NCBI GenBank assembly: GCA_964016885.1
Contig: OZ024742.1
Coordinates: 132,370,001 to 132,434,000, forward strand
Direction of reading: 5' to 3'
From: Eledone cirrhosa
Lineage: Eukaryota
Length of the DNA: 64,000 bases
The notes beneath the pieces were generated by a model that was not told the DNA's origin, did no database searches, and was given only the letters and a program-made list of their open reading frames with translations. Shown piece after piece: positions 41,486-55,818 of the stretch (its first letter is position 1; each line of letters begins with the position of its first letter). Made by a program: the position numbers and the translations under genes.

Positions 41486-41919
41486 ATGTATATACATATA
41501 TATATATACGCGTATGTGTGTGGTGTGTGTGTGTCTGTGTCTGTGTGTCTGTGTATATGTCTGTGTGTGTCTCTGTGTGTATGTGTGTTTGTGTGTGCAT
41601 GTGCATTCAAATATTGCCGTCCATGTTTAAGTAGGTGTGTTTGTATTAAATGAAACGCTGCCTGGTAGACTGCAGCAGTAACATCTAATATGTCAGTAAT
41701 ATCCAAGTTAGGAAACGGCAACATATGGGATATTTCGTATCGTTTCTACGGATATTCTATTTACATTGATAAAAGGCCTTACATATAAGCATTGTGTAAA
41801 TCCCACTGTGTGCTTTATACACGATGATAAGTAAGCCAGCAAAGTAAATACGTGTTATTTCAGCAGCTAGAATACAATATTAAATCTGTGTTTGTACTGT
41901 ATGTATGTATGTATGTATG

Positions 41920-41953
<34 letters not shown>

Positions 41954-41999
41954 TGTATGTATGTATGTATGTATGTATGTATGTATGTGTGTATATATA

Positions 42000-43012
42000 T
42001 GTGGTGCTACTGGTAACATGTATCCCAGTACAACCTGTCTCATGGTGGGGTCGATGGCGACTAAACTGGCAACCCCACCAACGTTTCTTTGTGAGGAGGG
42101 TGACTTTGGACATCCTGCAGGATTAAAAACAAAACCTGTCAAAGGGCAAAGGAGCTGTTAAGAGTCAATGGCCATCCAAAATCACCGGGAGAGATTACCC
42201 TTTAGCCGTTGTCAAGGCAGAATTCTAGGAGAAGGAAAACTCTGATATAACACCTGCAACCCTGATGGTATCCAATGATGTTGACTTGTTCTTCTTTTTG
42301 ATAAATATCATCTTGGTTAAGAGAGTGGGATAGGCTTTGTGCAGTGCCTTTGCTCACTATAAAAGCTTCACGGCACAGGCATTGCTTTATATCTGGAGAT
42401 CTCTCTGCACTTGTCGTCACATGGTACCATGGGCCCAGCACTATGTGTCAATAATTGTCACAAGTGTAGTGTTTGTACCAGAGTGTTCAAGTCGCTGGCT
42501 GGACTAAAAAGCCACACCCGTTCAGCGCATCAGTAGGGTTCTCCTACTTGTATATAAAGTTGCGGCCGCACTCGAAAACGAGTTGGCAGCCACCACCATA
42601 TATGTATGTATGCCTTTGTCAAGGCATTCTTCTAGGAGAAAGCCACTCAGGAAACTGGGATAACTCCGATATAAAACCTGCGGCTCAGTAGTTACCGATG
42701 ATGTTGAACTTTTCTTCTTTTCGGGTTATGGCTATTGTCGCTCAGAGAGTGGGATTGGCTCAGTGCAGAGTCTTTCCTCACTTTAAAAATATTCTTCACG
42801 CACAGGCATTGAACGATAACATTAATCGATATTTCTTAATAATGCTATATCGTGCAATGGCCATACTCAATAACGAGGGGGCAGTCATCAATATGTATGT
42901 ATGTATGTATATATTTATGTCAGGTCACCAGTGTGTGCTACTGGTAACATGTATCCCAGCACAACCCGTCTCATGGTCGAGTCGTTGGCGATTAAACTGG
43001 CAACCCCACCAA
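42000..43012 (+). repeat. Partially duplicated dispersed repeat, possibly a LINE 5' region
   Basis: gtgctactggtaacatgtatcccag...aaactggcaaccccacca at ~42004 and ~42935; tgtcaaggca..tctaggagaa at ~42210 and ~42617. Confidence 0.55.
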
Positions 43013-43639
43013 ACTAGGCAAAATCTGTTAGATTTGTTACAAATTAGTGTCTTATTACACGTTTTTCAATGCAGTTATGCCATAACCATCGCGAGCTGAA
43101 TTATGTCATTCTCTATCCCGCAATGCGTATTAGTATTAGCATTTCATCAGAATTGTCTAAAGGAAAAGAAAAGCTCTGTAGACCAGGTCTCGTTTATAAA
43201 GTAATTTAAGCATGCAAACAGACATCCTTGTTGCTTTATCATAATATTAATCGGATAATAATCTTGCAAATTTAACATTAATATAGAGATATACGTAGAT
43301 GCCCACATTTTATGTGTATCAAGTAATGAGATGGAGAACGACAATTTATAATAGCCAATGGAATGTGTTAGTAAGTCATTAGAGGAAATGGAACTTGCGA
43401 CAATTGGGCAGATTTTTCAGTAGTTGGTTAACTATAGTTCATTATTAACACAAGCTGCTTAAAAGTTCTCGAATTTTCTGGGAAACGATCAAAGCAAGCG
43501 ATGTGGATTAAATTCGGTCGATAACAGGCGACAAGAAATATAAAGTTCAAGGGGTGAGATGGTTGGAAAGTTAATGCGGCTGGAGTAACTCATTACGGAC
43601 AGTTATACAGACCAGTTTGGTGAGAACGTTTACACCCCT

Positions 43640-43698
<59 letters not shown>

Positions 43699-43848
43699 TG
43701 TGTGTGTGTGTGTGTGTTACAGACAGCCAGCAACAACACTGAGCACAATTAACCGATGAGATTGTCTCCCCTTTTAGCTTCGCATAGTGTGAATTAGCCT
43801 ACATAAAGCGGAAACTACTATTTCCTCTCATATACACACACACGCACG

Positions 43849-43935
<87 letters not shown>

Positions 43936-44621
43936 ATGTGTGTGTGTACATATATATGTTGCAATATCCGTAGGTTTGAGAATGAAAAAAAGGAAGACAG
44001 TGCTGCTTAATCGTGAAGAGAGCAGAAATATTATATCATTTATTTAGTTCATACGCTGAATGAAGGAACCCAAGGTTTTTAAGTCTCAAATGTTTGACCA
44101 GAACATTGCTCAGTGTATGAACATTAAATAAATGATACAACACACACACATACACGCACACACACATCCCCCCCACCCCCACATACATATATATATATAT
44201 AAGAATGTATATAGAGTGTATTTTGCAATACCTTGTATGCTTAATTAAAAGCATTTTGAAGACCATACGCTATTGTTTTAAAATAGTGACAATGTCATTT
44301 ATTTAAATTTTCATCAAACAGGGGAGATAAACTGACAGAGCTCTGTTTCGTACTTTTTGGTACTTATCTAAGTTCATTACCCCTCCTGTTTGCTGAAAAT
44401 TATGTGTGTTGGATTCTTACAGAATTCCAGTAATAATCCGGAACAGATTATACAGAGCGGTCGCCGGTCCAGCAGAAATTGAAAATTAGAATTGGTGCTC
44501 TGAAATAGCGATATATATATGAATGTATATATAGTGTATTTTGCAATATATATATAACGAAGGAAGTGTGGCAAGGAACCAGATGGACCATAACGCACCA
44601 AGTACTTAATATTTAGGGTAA

Positions 44622-44770
44622 TAGGAAAATATTCAAGACCCCGAAGGCAGAGCTCAAGCCGTTTCGACGGCTATTTCTGGACTAGAAATAGCCGTCGAAA
44701 TAGCCGGCGTCCAGAAATAGCAGCCGAAACGGCTTGAATTCTCGCCTTCGGGGTCTTGAACATTTTCCTA
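44622..44770. repeat. Short inverted repeat (~60 bp arms) with an internal partial third copy
   Basis: taggaaaat.ttcaagaccccgaaggc...ctatttctggac / gtccagaaatagc...gccttcggggtcttgaa.attttccta. Confidence 0.85.
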
Positions 44771-45139
44771 TATATATCTATAATTGGTGTGGGATGCTTA
44801 AAGCGTTCGTAAGCAATATGCCGTTTGAGCACTCGATGCTCTTAGAGAGCAGAGTATAATATCACATAAGAAACGGATCTTGCGATTTCAGATTTAGGTT
44901 TGTTCATTGCATCGATCATACCTCGAACTGCTCGCCAGAGAAACGAATGTAATATGTCTTATAAATCTTATTCATAGCACTACTGATTCTACGTTTCTTA
45001 TGTGATATATATATATGTATGTATATGTATATTTCTATATACAACATACACACAGAGGAGATAAAGCACGTGGCAGATAGTGAAATAGGTAGAGGAAATA
45101 TATCAAGAGCAACTAATAACGAGGACGTATATAGACGAA

Positions 45140-45197
45140 AGGCAAGAGAGAGAGAGAGAGAGAGAGGGGGGGTTGATAGATAGAGAGAGGGGTTGAA

Positions 45198-45275
<78 letters not shown>

Positions 45276-45360
45276 GAGAGAGAGAGAGGGAACAGAGTGA
45301 GAGAGAGAGAAAGAAAAAGAGAGACAGAGGCAGTGAAACTGAGAAAGAAGGGGATAGAGA
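45140..45360. repeat. (GA)n microsatellite
   Basis: Directly visible in the sequence. Confidence 0.92.
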
Positions 45361-46321
45361 AAGTGGTTGTGTGCATTTTCACTGCATTAAATTGAAAAAC
45401 ATCACGATACCTGTATCAGCCAATTACCTCACAGTCAAAAAGGCAAATTTATAATCTGCTGATATACGGCCTCGAATTTTCCTATGGCTTAATCAGTTTG
45501 ACTATTCTTGCGGTCAGAAACTTACGATAGAATAGCAAGCTTTCTGTTTGCCGATACCTCGCTTTATTCTATTATAATTTCCTTTGTTTCAGTCAGTGGA
45601 ATTCGACCGGGCTGGGACGCTATCATAACTTAATTGTCCCTGAGCTTATTCCTACAATAGTCTAAAGTGCTCATCGGGCTAGTGCTTACTGTTGTTATAC
45701 GACTGAGAGTAAAAGACTCCCTCCAAAAAAGGATGGCAGTTGATTGCAGAGTTAAACCCATACATACAGCTCGTACTCATTTTCAGTTTGAGTATATTGA
45801 AGCAACGCGAAATGAATTGTTTTGTTCAAGAACCCAACAGACAACCCATTCCAGGAATCGAATCCACAACATTATGATTGTAAGTCCAACTCTGTAGTCC
45901 AGCCTTGTCACATTCTGAGGCTCGTGAATCACCCTAATAACTATGCTAAGGGTAAGCGTGTTTGTTGAATGCTCAGTAACTTGTACGTTGAGCAGGCTGT
46001 TGATCGGATCAACTGAAACACTCATCCTCGTAAACTGAGTGCCTCATATATATATATATATAAATTAGCGAGAATAGTATTTCGGCTATTGGAAATTAGC
46101 GACAAACAACTTCCGAGATGTGTGGCAAGCGCTCCATAGAAACTAGTGAACCAGAGCAACAACGTAAGTTAAAAGGCCAATTATCCGCAAAGCCATAGAA
46201 ACGACCAAGCTATTCGAGTCAAACAAATAATAAAATATGATTGGAAATTATACCCGGACCCCAGGAAAAGGTGGTATAATCCAATATGGGGTTTCTGCAA
46301 CTCTTAAATCAGGTAATGTTT

Positions 46322-46618
46322 GCTTAAACAAATAATTGTTTCTACTTTTGTCACAAGGCCAGTAATTACCCAGTGCATTACTGGTACTTTATTTTATCGA
46401 CCCCGTAAGGATGAAAGGCAAAGTTAACCTTGGCCGGATTTGAACTCAGAATGGCAAGGGCCGTAACTCTATGCGTCAAAGTATAACGTCCCACCCTCTA
46501 CCGATACTGCCAGTCCACCGCTTAAACAAATAATTGTTTCTACTTTAGGCACAAGGCCAGCAAATACCCAGTGCATTACTGGTACTTTATTTTATCGACC
46601 CCGTAAGGATGAAAGGCA
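46322..46618 (-). mobile_element. Octopus-type tRNA-derived SINE plus a tandem partial 3' copy
   Basis: The minus strand has A box tggcagtatcgg, B box gagttcaaatcc and body gcctttcatccttacggggtcgataaa. 46322-46419 is repeated at 46520-46618. Confidence 0.88.
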
Positions 46619-47301
46619 CTTTTGGTATGGTGATCGAACAAGGAAGTCACTTTTCGACACGCATTTAGTTCTATGCAAAGCTAAGGAGCTGTCCGTTATC
46701 TAAACCCACATATATATATATGTATTTATATATATATATAATATATATATATATTTATATATATAATATATATATATTTATAGATATAATATATATAGAT
46801 GTGTGTGTGTGTGTGTGTGTGTGTTGGGTTTTTGCATTATCCATATATCGAATTCCCCTAACGAATGCAGGGTTTGACACAAGGCACTAGAAGAAGAGAC
46901 ATGCGCAATAGACCGCACAGTGCGACTGAACGCAGAACCAATTCGTTGTGAAGTGAATTCCTGAACCACTCAGCCATATCTGCGTCTGTGTATCATCTTA
47001 AGCCCTATCATATCTCAATAAGTGCCATTCAACGATGCTTACATAAACGTGGCAGGTGAGGTGAGATAGTTTCCACAATATTGGAATGTACCTCCGAAAG
47101 TACCGGAACTCACACAAAATAAACATCAATGTCTGGGTATTGCTTCGGTGCATGAGACTCTATTATGATATAGGGCGAGCTAATATATACTATAGATTTC
47201 CCTTTCTTCACGTTTTGGGTTACTTTCCTCTCTTGTGTACTATTTTGTAAACATACAGTGAAATAAACTTCGTGATAGTAAATATTTGCAAAGATCTATA
47301 T

Positions 47302-47434
<133 letters not shown>

Positions 47435-48839
47435 AGAGTTGGGGAAAAATAGGAAGTCTCGTTTAAACGTGTGTTTGATGTATGTATGTATGCATGTATG
47501 AAGTATGTGCGTGTATGTATGTTCATGTGTGCATGCGTGTGTAAATAGCTAGGTAAATGTGAACAATAAAGCTGTATTGGCCGGACCAACATGAAAATCA
47601 TCAAATATCTCAACAATATCCAAATGAGGAAACGACGGTATTTGGGAATGTACATGCTGCATCTACGGACAGTTTGTTTACATTAACTGCACGAAAGTTT
47701 CAGATACACTTTGTGTAATGCACACACTAAACTTTAACCGTGAAGTTAAATATACTACCAAAGCAAATATATTCTGTTTCGGCAGCTAGAATATAGTATT
47801 AGCTATGTGTGATGGTATATATGTATGCTTCAGATTGTGATTAATTTGCTGTCTCTGTGTAGTGTTGTCGAATCTAACAGTGTGTTGTTGGATACATGAT
47901 ATTGGACATAGACCGAGATGCTGGAATGAAATTTTACGTAGAGAAGCAAGCTACATATAAGTGCCGAGCTTCGAACAAAATGAGAAATTTGTTGTGAGAG
48001 TTTTACTTCCATTCGATTCCAGAAATGACCCAATCATCTTTCAGTTATATCAGTTAAACTATACCTAGCACAACGTTATCGAATGTGACCTTGTCTTTGC
48101 GTGTATGATGGAAATTTCGAAAATATTTCCGACAAGTTATGTTAAGGGTTTTTTCATTTCCTCTTTATAATTATTGTAAATTCGTTGCTCATCTATTTGT
48201 TCATTTTGCTGCTCAATAACCTCAACATGCATATTACCGAATCATTTCTTAATAGCCTACTTATTGCACATCGATAAGTCTGTTTACTTTAAAAGCTAAC
48301 TCCATAACCGGTCGACTCCTACATTCGACGTCTCTTGTGTATTCAAATAATTATAAATTTAACCATATGTATTTCGTATTGGGGTCTCTTTCGAGATGGG
48401 TAAGACAATCTTTGATAAAATACTATAGAAGAATTATCACTTGAAATAAAGTGTGTGTCACTGTGGAAAGATAAATGTAGGAATATGCGCACTCACACTC
48501 ACATTCGCATGTAAATATAAACCACAAACATAGTGATAATTTAGCGAATTTACACAAAATCACTTATTCTTCCATAAAAAATTAAATATTCATGAAATAA
48601 TAGCTTAAAGAAGTCGATTATAGTTTAGCAGCAATCATTTTATTAAAATATTTTAAAAATTCATACGAAACGGTTATATTAATATTAATGCGATTAAATA
48701 TCTACCAGCTTAAATATATTGGACTATTTTTAACTGACAAAATTACTTAAATTTTCACTATATTAAGTAAAGATTTCAGGTTAGTAACGGTTTTAAAATT
48801 AAGTAAAAGACAAACATTTTTTGTCGGGGGCTGGGAGTG

Positions 48840-49020
48840 GGGCATGTTCGTCAAATCAAAACCAAAGTTTGAGCGACACCTTATTATCGACCTCAGACCA
48901 ATGGAAAGCAAAGTTGACCTGACTGGGAGTAGAAATCATTACGAATTAGAACGTAAAGTGCTACAACTAAATATCTCAATATACATTTCCGATGCTTTAA
49001 CGATCCTACTAATTCTAATA
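48840..49020 (-). mobile_element. Old diverged SINE copy
   Basis: ttatcgacctc...atggaaagcaaagttgacct...ttagaacgtaaag. Confidence 0.55.
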
Positions 49021-49799
49021 CCCACAAACTATTACTATTCTATAAGCCACTTTTGTATCAGCCTCAAATGATAAAATGTGATTCTCTTAAAACATTTTTC
49101 AAGCGACTAAACAGTTGAGTTAACTCGAATATTTAAACTTTAGCTGGTCGTCGCATAATTCAAAACTCTGGACTGCCCACCTATCTTTCACTTCTTTACA
49201 TATTCTACCACTACTACTCTCCTCATCTTGCTCTTTTTACCATTTTACACATGTTCTTTAATTCCATAGTCTTTGTATAACCTAACATTTACTTAACATT
49301 TCTTAAGAATCTCCAAATTCAATACACTGAAAATAAATCTTTGACATAAACAGTATTTGTAAACTAAATTCAGCACTATTTCTGATGATTCAAAAGATGA
49401 AGTCATACTAAATAGTATTTGTGAATTTATTCATCATTATTCTGTATTTAAGTAACTATTACTCAAATTCGCCGAAAGAATCACATCGGCTTTTTATTTT
49501 AGCAGAATTACATATCTTAGCATGAATTCACATTTATCATGCACATATTTGTAACATCTAATATTTAGGAGCTTCTGCGTTATCTAGGGCACATAACGAC
49601 ATAATATCTAGAGTGCTTTGTATATATCACTCGCTTTTCCGTACCTTCTGAAGGATTCATAGGAGCACCGTAGGGATAAGTGGGGTTTCTTAGATATTTT
49701 AAGCCTGGCATATCCCAGCAACTTTCCAGGTCTAAACGCAACATATTTCACCCAGCCAAGGAGAGAGAATGAGAGAATGGAAGTGAGAAAGGATTACCG

Positions 49800-49960
49800 A
49801 AGAAAATCAACCCCAGTACTAGATATATACTTTATTTATCGACAATGAAAGGATGAAAGGCAAAGTTTTCCTTAGCCGGATTTTAACTCAGAGAGCAAGA
49901 CCTGGAACGAATACCGCAGAGCATTTTATCTCACGTTTTAATGACACTGATAATTCGCAG
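49800..49960 (-). mobile_element. Diverged octopus-type SINE
   Basis: atcaaccccagtact...tttatcgac...aaaggatgaaaggcaaagtt...actcaga...gaataccgc. Confidence 0.75.
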
Positions 49961-51671
49961 TCTGATTAACACATATATAAAGAAAAAAATTGGAGATATG
50001 GGAATAAGTCAATTATTATTTTTAGCATGTCAATTGACTCTACTATTGACAACATTCTGTATTTTTGCATATGCATATTATATGTCCGTGTGTCAATGCC
50101 TGTGTCTGACTGCGTGGTTTAGTTCAGAAAAGAAAGAAAAAATTGAATCAAACAAAATGTTTTGGTTCATTTCAATATATCATTTAACGCTTAAAATTTG
50201 CATCACATCGTGACAAAATTCTGAAATGGATGTCTGATTTAATGTTAAAAACAGTTTTGCTATTGCAACGGATTGAGCCTCAGGCATTTGAGCATTAATA
50301 ATCTAATGTGTGTGTTAATTAAAATAAATATTCACACTTGATTCTTATATAAGGTATCTGCCACGTTGTTAATTCAGTAGTTTCCCATGTTGCTGTGCCA
50401 GCAGAGCACTGCGAAAAGAACCTTACTATGGAATATATGAATTACGAAATTATAGAATAGATTCTTTCAAAATCATGTAAGGCAACATATATTTAGCGAC
50501 AAGTAGCTATGTCAAAATAAATTTAATTACCAATAGGTTGCATTAAAATGTAAACTTCAAAGGGCACTTAATAGTTAAATATGTTGTATGCAAGTAAATT
50601 ACATGCTGTTATTTAAAGCATCGAATGAAGTTTATTTAACATTTATTTATTCATTTAAGAATTTAGAAAAAAAATGCTCTTCCCCAAATAAATGGCATGA
50701 CACTGTGTATCTTAGATGGCTATGTATTTTGTATTGTTAACTAATTCAAGAATGTTATTACTACACTATCTGAAACACAGACATTAAATCACAGTGCGTT
50801 TATATGTGAGAAGAATGTAATACAAGCTCTCTCCATCATTTAGCCAGCAACAATTTGACAAAACAGACCTTCTAAGAATAAGGAAAGAGTATAGAAATCA
50901 TGTCTAAACATACTTTAGAGAAACGTGCAAAGAAATATTAATATTTGCAACTAGAAATATAGAAGCCATTCACATGAATTTTCTCATGAATTTGTTTAAC
51001 TCCCATTCCGCTAACGTTTGCAACTTCATCTCTGACATTGGATGGTCATTATATATTGCAGAAATAGAGAACCAGAGGCACAGAATTTCAAAGCCGGACC
51101 GCCAAAAGGACATTTCGTAGTGACATTCCTAATAAGAATTTTGAATTTAGGTGAAACACGCAAAAATGCATCCAGTAAACCGTGATTCATAGAATATGTA
51201 TTCTCTGCTTACAATGTGTAAATAAGCAGCATCATTGTTAAATGCGTATATCTACGAGTAAGCAACATTATTGTTAAATGCGTATATCTACGAGCAGCAC
51301 TTAAGACTGAAATCAGAGAACAGATAAAGTTGGATATACTTCCTTTAAGTTTAAACAAATATGATAAAGCTGAAGGACAAACATGTAATACTCGGATTTT
51401 AATCGTAGCAACTCGTTGCCGAATAAAAAAAAAAAAAGAAGAAAAATAACAATGAAATCCTTGAAGTGTAAAATGAAAGTTTTGATTTAAAAATAATTAA
51501 TATATATATAATAATCGTAATTAATATATTAAATTATCTGCTACGTTTCTAGTGTTATATTACCCCGTTTATTCAACTAGTAGTTACATCTATCAACAAT
51601 GTGTATATCGAAATTGCGCCGAATATATTTTATATAGCTTCGCTTGGATAAACAGACGATAAGCTGTCCAT

Positions 51672-51972
51672 TTAGTATAGTATTACTGTTGAAAATATAT
51701 AGTATAGTATTACTGTTGAAAATATATAGTAGAATATTATTGTTGAAAATATCTAGTATAGTATAGTATTATTGTTGAAAATATATGGTACAGTATTACC
51801 GTTGAAAATATATAGTATAGTATAGTATTACTGTTGAAAATATATAGTATAGTATAGTATTACTATTGAAAATATATAGTACAGTACAGTATTACCGTTG
51901 AAAATATATAGTACAGTACAACATTACTGTTGAAAATATATAGTATAGTATAGTATTACTGTTGAAAATATG
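51672..51972. repeat. Minisatellite with a 25-30 bp unit (tagta)n-ttactgttgaaaatata, ~11 copies
   Basis: Directly visible; unit length varies by the number of tagta pentamers. Confidence 0.92.
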
Positions 51973-52338
51973 TACACGAATATATAACTATATATATATA
52001 TATATAATTAATTAAAAGTTTGTTAGAAGCAAAGGCAATGCAGACAGGCAGACATATAGACAGATATTATAAGCGCGCGACGTTATAGTTAGGTATCTAT
52101 CTAAAGAGACAGAGTAAGAAAGAGAGGGGAATGTCGTATAATATATATATTATATATAATAAAATACCAGTAATGTACTGGGATAATTGCTGGCCGTGTG
52201 CCAAAAATAGAAACAATTATATTTTTTTTATACAACTGTAAATAACATGTTTATGTATGTATATATACGTATATACAGGTATAAACGAATGGTGTAATTA
52301 AATGTTCAAATTAGACTGTCTCTTGTTCATGATACTAA

Positions 52339-52394
<56 letters not shown>

Positions 52395-52522
52395 TATACA
52401 TATATATACATAAACACACACTATACATATATATATATAAACACACACTATATATACATAGTACCTGTGGACCGAATGCTCTTACACTTGGATATTTTTA
52501 TCAACTTTGTGCTACAGTATAA

Positions 52523-52550
<28 letters not shown>

Positions 52551-52556
<6 letters not shown>

Positions 52557-53302
52557 AATTAATATATCTACCGACATATGTATACCGATGCATACCTATG
52601 CTAGCAGATATATATGTTTTGTCTTAGTAACTTTGAGGTTCTATGCAGGGGAATGCAGAACAATTATATGAAAGACGTAAATAAGAAAGTTATGAAAATT
52701 GACTTACTTACTAAAATTTCACTCCAACTAATTAGTTTCTGTAAGGGGATAAATATAGTTACGTAATAACTATAGAGAAGCCTTACGTCATCAGGGAGTC
52801 TATTCTCAGCTAAGTTTCCAGGCAATGCGGGGACACTGGGAACTTATATAAAAATAATTCAGTGGATGGAAAAAACGAGCGGCGTTAGATTCCAAGCCAT
52901 CTAAAAATTCACTGCCTTCTTGTTCAAGTGGCAAATTAAAAAGAATCAAATCACGTGACACTGAAGTTAACCAGCTTGGAGTGGGGGTGCTAATAAGACA
53001 GAGCTTAGCTACTACTATCAGTCACAGTAGTAATTTAGCAAATTTTGCTCAACAAATAATTTGGAGGTAATTATAAAGAATTAATATATCTACCGACATA
53101 TGTATACCGAAGCATACCTATGCTAGCAGATATATATGTTTTGTCTTAGTAACTTTGTGGTTCTATGCAGGGGAATGCCGAACAATTATATGAAAGACGT
53201 AAATAAGAAAGTTATGAAAATTTACTTACTTCCCCTTACAGAAACTATTTAGTTGGAGTGAAATTTTAGTAAGTCAATTTTCATAACTTTATTATTTACG
53301 TC

Positions 53303-53310
<8 letters not shown>
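52551..53310 (-). mobile_element. ORF-less retrozyme-like element: 522 bp period, ~1.3 copies plus an inverted end
   Basis: Direct repeat at 52551/53073; 53232-53310 is inverted; HHR at 52721-52799. Confidence 0.8.
52721..52799 (-). ncRNA. Type I hammerhead ribozyme
   Basis: actcc-CTGATGA-cgtaagg...ccttaca-GAAA-CTAATTAG-TT-ggagt. Confidence 0.87.
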
Positions 53311-53382
<72 letters not shown>

Positions 53383-53391
53383 AGAGAGAGA

Positions 53392-53706
53392 GAATAAGAA
53401 AATATAATTGCAGATGTTAAAGTCATGGCTGTGAAACATATTTCAATAATGACAGGTGCAACGGGGTTCCGAGTACCAGTTGAATGATCTCATCAGACAG
53501 CAATATTACGTTACAATAAGGGAACGGACAAAGATGATGTTCTTAATGCCTTCACCCTTTCCCTTATTATGTAATGAAGCTGTCTGATAATAACTTGGCA
53601 CTGTTTAGGCGGAATCTCATGGCAACTGTCGTCATTGAAATATGTATCACAGTCTTATCAATAAAGTACTTTAATATCTGCAACTACTTCGTATTTCCTT
53701 ATTCTA
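53392..53706. mobile_element. Diverged inverted pair of HHR-bearing pseudo-LTRs
   Basis: Minus: gctgt-CTGATGA...GAAATATGTTTC-acagc (53428-53501). Plus: gctgt-CTGATAA...GAAATATGTATC-acagt (53579-53653). Confidence 0.75.
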
Positions 53707-53836
53707 AATATACTCCGTCATTCCTATGTAGAATAAGTACGTTTAAATAATAATAAAATAATAATAATAAAATTATTGTGTAAAGTGGTCAAGTCCTTGA
53801 ATTGAATTGCACCGATGTTAACCGTAAGTATATATA

Positions 53837-53941
<105 letters not shown>

Positions 53942-53987
53942 AGTAACAATATTTTTCGAAACAGCGAGCGGGTTTGAAATTATTATA

Positions 53988-54331
53988 AATGTAAGCTATC
54001 GCCGTATTTTGACTAAAGAAATTAAAGAAATTATTTAGCCTGGTAGTGGGGTTAAGAACCCTCGGATAAATGGAAAAATATGAGTATTGACGTACAGGGG
54101 AGTCGAACGCAGATCTTTGGTTATCCAGACTACTGTGCTACCATTTACACCAACACATCACCCATGTGTTGGTGTAAATGGTAGCACAATGGTCTGGATA
54201 ACCAAAGATGTGGGTCCACTCCCCTGTATGTCAATACTCATCTTTTTCGATTTCTCCGAGGGTTCTTAACTCCACAACCAGGTTAAATAATTTCTTTAAT
54301 TTCTTTAGTCAAAATACGGCGATAGCTTACA

Positions 54332-54333
<2 letters not shown>
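53988..54333. mobile_element. Head-to-head palindromic tRNA-derived SINE-like element in (TA)n
   Basis: Arms 53988-54158 and 54164-54333; tRNA-like head tggtgtaaatggtagcac...gttcgactccc. Confidence 0.7.
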
Positions 54334-55795
<1,462 letters not shown>

Positions 55796-55818
55796 ATCTT
55801 TATATATATATATATATA

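Noticed and set aside
42004-42080. Possible HDV-like ribozyme (ccagt/actgg P2, acc/ggt P3, CTAA)
   Set aside because: P1 could not be assigned, a competing tggtgggg/ccccacca stem exists, and the second copy breaks the pairings.
51672-51972. CRISPR-like short repeats
   Set aside because: Contiguous minisatellite with no spacers.
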